DNA of 39,708 nt, from IMG/VR virus record IMGVR_UViG_3300005077_000072, positions 1 through 39,708 of that record. One strand, written 5' to 3'. The notes under the pieces are model-generated. The model was not told the origin of the DNA, made no database searches, and saw only the letters and a program-made list of their open reading frames with translations. Of the stretch, positions 36,359 through 39,708 are shown one piece after another. A program made the translations under genes and the position numbers. Origin of the DNA: a virus (lineage: Duplodnaviria > Caudoviricetes). The first letter of the stretch is position 1, and the number at the start of each line of letters is the position of its first letter.

Positions 36359-37033
36359 CGATTTAGGGCATTTTTAAAATGGGGTAACGGATGAATATTG
36401 TTCAGCTTTATGGCCGCTCAGGGCATTAGGGCAATTGCTATCTGCTGTTAGGGCATTTTTAAAAATGGGATAATGGCAAGATATTGTTAGGATATTTTTT
36501 TTCTAAAAAAGTGACTGCCCTAGGGGTGTTTGCGAGATTTGCTGCGTAACTGTCTGAGATTATTTCTGTAATCAAAAACGAGGATTGTTTTTTTTATTAC
36601 TTTGATTAACAATCCATAGCTTGAAGGGGTCCCGTGGCATGGGGTTAGAAAAAAAAAAAAATTAGAATGGTTGTTAAAAAAGGCCTTTTTTAGGCGTTTG
36701 AATTTTTGCGGATTTGATAATGATCCCGCATAGAATTTTAAAAAATGTCGAAGAAGTGCGGCTTCGCAGCAGGCCCATATTTCAGCGGAACATCAAAAAC
36801 ATACGGCACAGAAGAAAATTTTCTAAAAAAACCCTGAAAATAAAAGTGGAATTATATCAGCAAATTACGTCAGGGCAAAAAAATTTAAAAATGCCCTGAA
36901 AAATGCCCTAAATCGCTAAAAACGACGCTATATCAATAGGCTACAGACAAAAGGCAAAAAACTTAAAAATGCCCTGAAAATGCCTTGAGGAGTACCACAG
37001 AGTATCTCAAAAGTGTCTCAAAAGTGTCTCAAA
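36359..37033. repeat. AT-rich non-coding region with oppositely oriented AGGGCATTTTT/AAAAATGCCCT motifs
   Basis: 17-bp perfect inverted repeat 36359-36375/36899-36915; A13 tract; palindrome 36675-36692; 11-bp tandem repeat 37005-37033. Confidence 0.75.
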
Positions 37034-37265
37034 CGCCTCAAGCCGTCATTTCGCGTCAATAGTCAGCTTTTTGACACTACCACATTGTACCGCGCTCGCC
37101 CCTGTCAAACTATTGACACCCCCAATTTTTGCCATTTTTCAGGCACAGTTTATGCAAGGTTCGCGTAAATATGTCTGACAATTTCCAGTCTGACCGACAA
37201 CGGAAACCGCCAGTATAACGACGACGCCATCGCGATCTGCATTGCGAGCTTCATTTTCGTTCCTC

Positions 37266-37454
37266 CTAGTACCCACACTGAGCACATACAATGTGCAGTT
37301 TCCCGCCATTCTGGATAGTGACGCTGTTACCCAACTCAGCACCGAACGTAACATGGTGCCCACAGTCGAGACGGAACTTTCGCCCATCAAGCTGTTGTAT
37401 GTAAGCCCGTAGTTCGTCGGCGGGCGCATACTGCATTTTCTGCTTTTTCGTCAT
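37266..37454 (-). CDS. small Zn-ribbon protein
   Basis: LDCGHH…VCAQCGY; GGAGG RBS. Confidence 0.75.
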   Translation of the reverse strand: MTKKQKMQYAPADELRAYIQQLDGRKFRLDCGHHVTFGAELGNSVTIQNGGKLHIVCAQCGY

Positions 37455-37742
37455 TTACAGTCCTCCAGGAAAAATCCGGTATTTACCGGATTTTTCCTGC
37501 ATGAACGCTTGGCAGGCTTTGATAATTAGCTCCGTCCTCACACCATAACAAAATGGCATGAAGGGGCCTCACCTGCCAAGCGTTCAAAAATCCGGTAAAA
37601 TACCGGATTTTAAAAACTTCACAGAAGGGCCGTCTGACGCATTTTCCAGACCCTACCAATGGTATTGTATGGTCAGTGTCGAAAATGCGTTAGACGGCCT
37701 ATTAGGGGGCTTGTAGGTGGCAGTGTTGATAACTGCCCGAAT

Positions 37743-37832
37743 TTATTGATAGGCTGCCCACAGTACGATGAACAGCGCATAGAACAGGACAATCGCCGTT
37801 ATTATGGCGATAACTTCCCTAAATAACGACAT
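37743..37832 (-). CDS. possible 29-aa single-TM peptide
   Basis: MSLFREVIAIITAIVLFYALFIVLWAAYQ*; no clear RBS. Confidence 0.35.
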   Translation of the reverse strand: MSLFREVIAIITAIVLFYALFIVLWAAYQ

Positions 37833-38046
37833 AGCCGTCAGCTATATCGTTGTTCAGGGCGACAAGGCGGTCTTCCTTGCCACGAAGACGCAGTGCCCGC
37901 TTTGCGCGGGCACTGCGCTCCAAGTGGCGGACTGCCGCGGCAAAGCGGCAGTCCGACATTGCCTGCTTGTACAGTAGGCGCTCCGCCGTCATCCGCCGGC
38001 GGATAGTGTCTTCAGTTTCCGGCATGATTACGATTCGCTTTGCCAT
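37819..38046 (-). CDS. basic hypothetical protein
   Basis: AAGGAGG RBS directly after palindrome A. Confidence 0.7.
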   Translation of the reverse strand: MAKRIVIMPETEDTIRRRMTAERLLYKQAMSDCRFAAAVRHLERSARAKRALRLRGKEDRLVALNNDIADGYVVI

Positions 38047-38174
38047 TGTCATTCCTCCTTGTGATTTTCCGGTAAAATACCGGATTTTCCCTGTCACAAT
38101 GACAGGCAAAAGCGTATTAATCCGCATTAATACGCTTTTGCCCGGCATTGACGCTGGGTGAGTGTTGGGCAGTT

Positions 38175-38393
38175 TTACGGCTTGCCCAGCAGTTCTGGGG
38201 GTACTGCAAGGGGTATCTCAGTGAATTTGTCACATAGGCACGACAGTGAATGCGGCAGCACGCCGCATACGTGCTTCCCCGCTACGGCGTCTGCCGTAGC
38301 GTGGGCGACCACTTCGGTCTGGCTGGAAGCCAGACCGATTTTTCGCAGATACTCAACTAGGCCGGGGTGTCTAGTCACGATAAGGTCAATCAT
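38175..38393 (-). CDS. Csx16 (VVA1548)-like protein, probably C-terminally truncated
   Basis: IVTRHPGLVEYL…VAHAT…V.GVLP…L.VPPELLGK; AGGAGG RBS. Confidence 0.7.
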   Translation of the reverse strand: MIDLIVTRHPGLVEYLRKIGLASSQTEVVAHATADAVAGKHVCGVLPHSLSCLCDKFTEIPLAVPPELLGKP

Positions 38394-38453
38394 TGTCCTT
38401 TCCTCCTGCTAATTTTCCGGTATTTTACCGGATTTTTCCCTGCATAACGCAGG

Positions 38454-38690
38454 TCAAATGGCGCTGTTAACGATCTCGGAAATGAGACCGTCCAGCAGGT
38501 ATACGTATTCCAGCCCCGCTGAATCATAGGAACGCGCCTGCCGAATGGCGCGTTCCGTGGCATTGAACCGCCCACGAATTGGCCATTTTTGGCTTTCATC
38601 AATCGCGCGGAACGCGCGATTGATGATTGTCCGCGATGCCCTGGCTGTCTTTGCAGATTCTGCCAGGTTGGCAATTTGTTCTGGCGTCAT
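38454..38690 (-). CDS. hypothetical protein
   Basis: MTPEQIANL…; GGGAGG RBS; stop abuts hairpin 38439-38453. Confidence 0.75.
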   Translation of the reverse strand: MTPEQIANLAESAKTARASRTIINRAFRAIDESQKWPIRGRFNATERAIRQARSYDSAGLEYVYLLDGLISEIVNSAI

Positions 38691-38746
38691 CTTTGGTCCT
38701 CCCATCTTCCCGGATTCAGCCGGGTCCGTCTCTGAAAATCCGGTAT

Positions 38747-39099
38747 TTACCGGATTTTTCCTGTCACAATGACAGGCAAAAGCGTATTAATCCGCATTAA
38801 TACGCTTTTGCCCGGCATTGACGCTGGGTGAGTGTTGGGCAGTTTTACGGCTTGCTCCCCAACTGGAAAATTACCAGAAGGGATCACGAAATACCGCTTT
38901 CCGTGATGGATTGCGGCATATATACCCCACCCACAATGCACCGGGTTACCGGGCATTGCCTTCATCGCACGCTTCACAAAAGTCCGTGCGGATGGATGGT
39001 TTGTCCGCGCGGCCTTAATGGCGCGGTCTGCGGTCAGAAGGTTACAAAAACAGGGCATTGTGGTATGCCCCGAAAGAACGTATGAACAATATTTTTCAT
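38747..39099 (-). pseudogene. probable frameshifted small gene running into a repeat module
   Basis: Strong RBS then MKNIVHTFFRGIPQCPVFVTF* (21 aa); an overlapping frame continues …LLTADRAIKAAR…KRYFVIP into the 96-bp repeat. Confidence 0.4.
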
Positions 39100-39244
39100 T
39101 TTCCTTCCTCCCATCTTCCCGGATTCAGCCGGGTCTGTTTTCAAAAATCCGGTAAAATACCGGATTTTTCCTGTCACAGTGGCAGGAAAAAGCGTATTAA
39201 TGCGGATTAATACGCTTTTGCCCAGCATCAAGCCTGGCAAGCGT

Positions 39245-39613
39245 TCAAAAATCCGGCTCCTTCATAAGCTCCGCCCGCGAAGGCAGAGTGGGACGCTCTG
39301 CCTTCGGCTCGCACGTCTCCCAGACGTGCGAGAATCTTTTTTCGCGCTTTCGCGCGACGAAGCGTCCGCCATATGAGGCGACTTGCAATCGCCTCATATT
39401 GTTAAACCAGTTGTCCGTAATATCACCGACGGGCAGTTCTGCCCGCAAGGTATCCAGGACGGCTATAGCAGCTGTCCTGTTCTCTTCCGCACCAACAATG
39501 CGGAAGAAATCGGCGGACGTAGAATAACCAGCGGCAAAGGCTGTGTATGCAGCTTTGCCGGTTTCAATGGTGATGCTGGTGATGCTGGCGATGTTGTTCT
39601 TTTTCATCTTCAT
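39245..39613 (-). CDS. hypothetical protein
   Basis: 122 aa; AGGAGG RBS; last codons are supplied by a repeat half-site. Confidence 0.75.
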   Translation of the reverse strand: MKMKKNNIASITSITIETGKAAYTAFAAGYSTSADFFRIVGAEENRTAAIAVLDTLRAELPVGDITDNWFNNMRRLQVASYGGRFVARKREKRFSHVWETCEPKAERPTLPSRAELMKEPDF

Positions 39614-39708
39614 TGTCCTTTCCTCCTGCTAATTTTCCGGTAAAATACCGGATTTTCCCAGCTCAAAATAAAGCTGGGGTAAACCTATAAATTTTATAGG
39701 TTTACCCC

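Larger units (their letters stand above)
37466..39708. repeat. array of stacked-palindrome intergenic modules
   Basis: TCCGGTA-N2/3-TACCGGA at 37475, 37591, 38068, 38416, 38739, 39148, 39636; AAAAGCGTATTAAT-N4-ATTAATACGCTTTT x3; 96-bp exact repeat 38090-38185/38760-38855. Confidence 0.95.

Noticed and set aside
37139-37429. 96-aa alternative-frame ORF
   Set aside because: Overlaps the RBS-supported Zn-ribbon gene and has no RBS or motif.
37628-37699. Hairpin as a bona fide attC
   Set aside because: R'' lacks AAC, spacers and flanks are fully paired, and it does not bound a cassette.
38053-38148. Recurring peptide GKSVLMRINTLL in several ORFs on both strands
   Set aside because: Translation artefact of palindrome B.
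37466-39652. Palindromic repeats as a CRISPR array
   Set aside because: Spacing is irregular (about 115-490 bp), the intervals contain whole genes, and no cas operon is present.
1-39708. tRNA genes, DGR/retron reverse transcriptase, stop-codon recoding
   Set aside because: No cloverleaf or RT motifs noticed, and the long core genes are intact in the standard code; tRNAscan was not run.

Overview
A 39.7 kb piece of a dsDNA tailed-phage genome with two convergent arms. Plus strand (1-4009, visibly GC-rich): the end of a late/lysis module with lipoproteins, a split transglutaminase-like peptidase, an HNH endonuclease, a holin candidate, a GH108 endolysin, a PLA2-like protein and a ferredoxin. 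Minus strand (4086-39613, AT-richer core): a degenerate integron attC cassette array (4.0-5.2 kb), then a replication/nucleotide module with ThyX, dNMP kinase, ATP-dependent ligase, a three-piece SbcC/Rad50 around SbcD, a resolvase, a full-length Pol I-type polymerase, an SNF2-like helicase, a primase-SF3 helicase and a Cro-like HTH. After that comes a long run of small early genes (TSCPD, radical SAM, a second dNMP kinase, 3D protein, orphan methyltransferase, duplicated gene pair) and a ~1 kb AT-rich repeat region. The last 2.3 kb carry single small genes, including a Csx16-like protein, each separated by a repeated module of stacked palindromes whose loops occur in both orientations. No tRNA, rRNA, CRISPR array or integrase was seen. 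All protein calls come from motif recognition by eye, not database searches.
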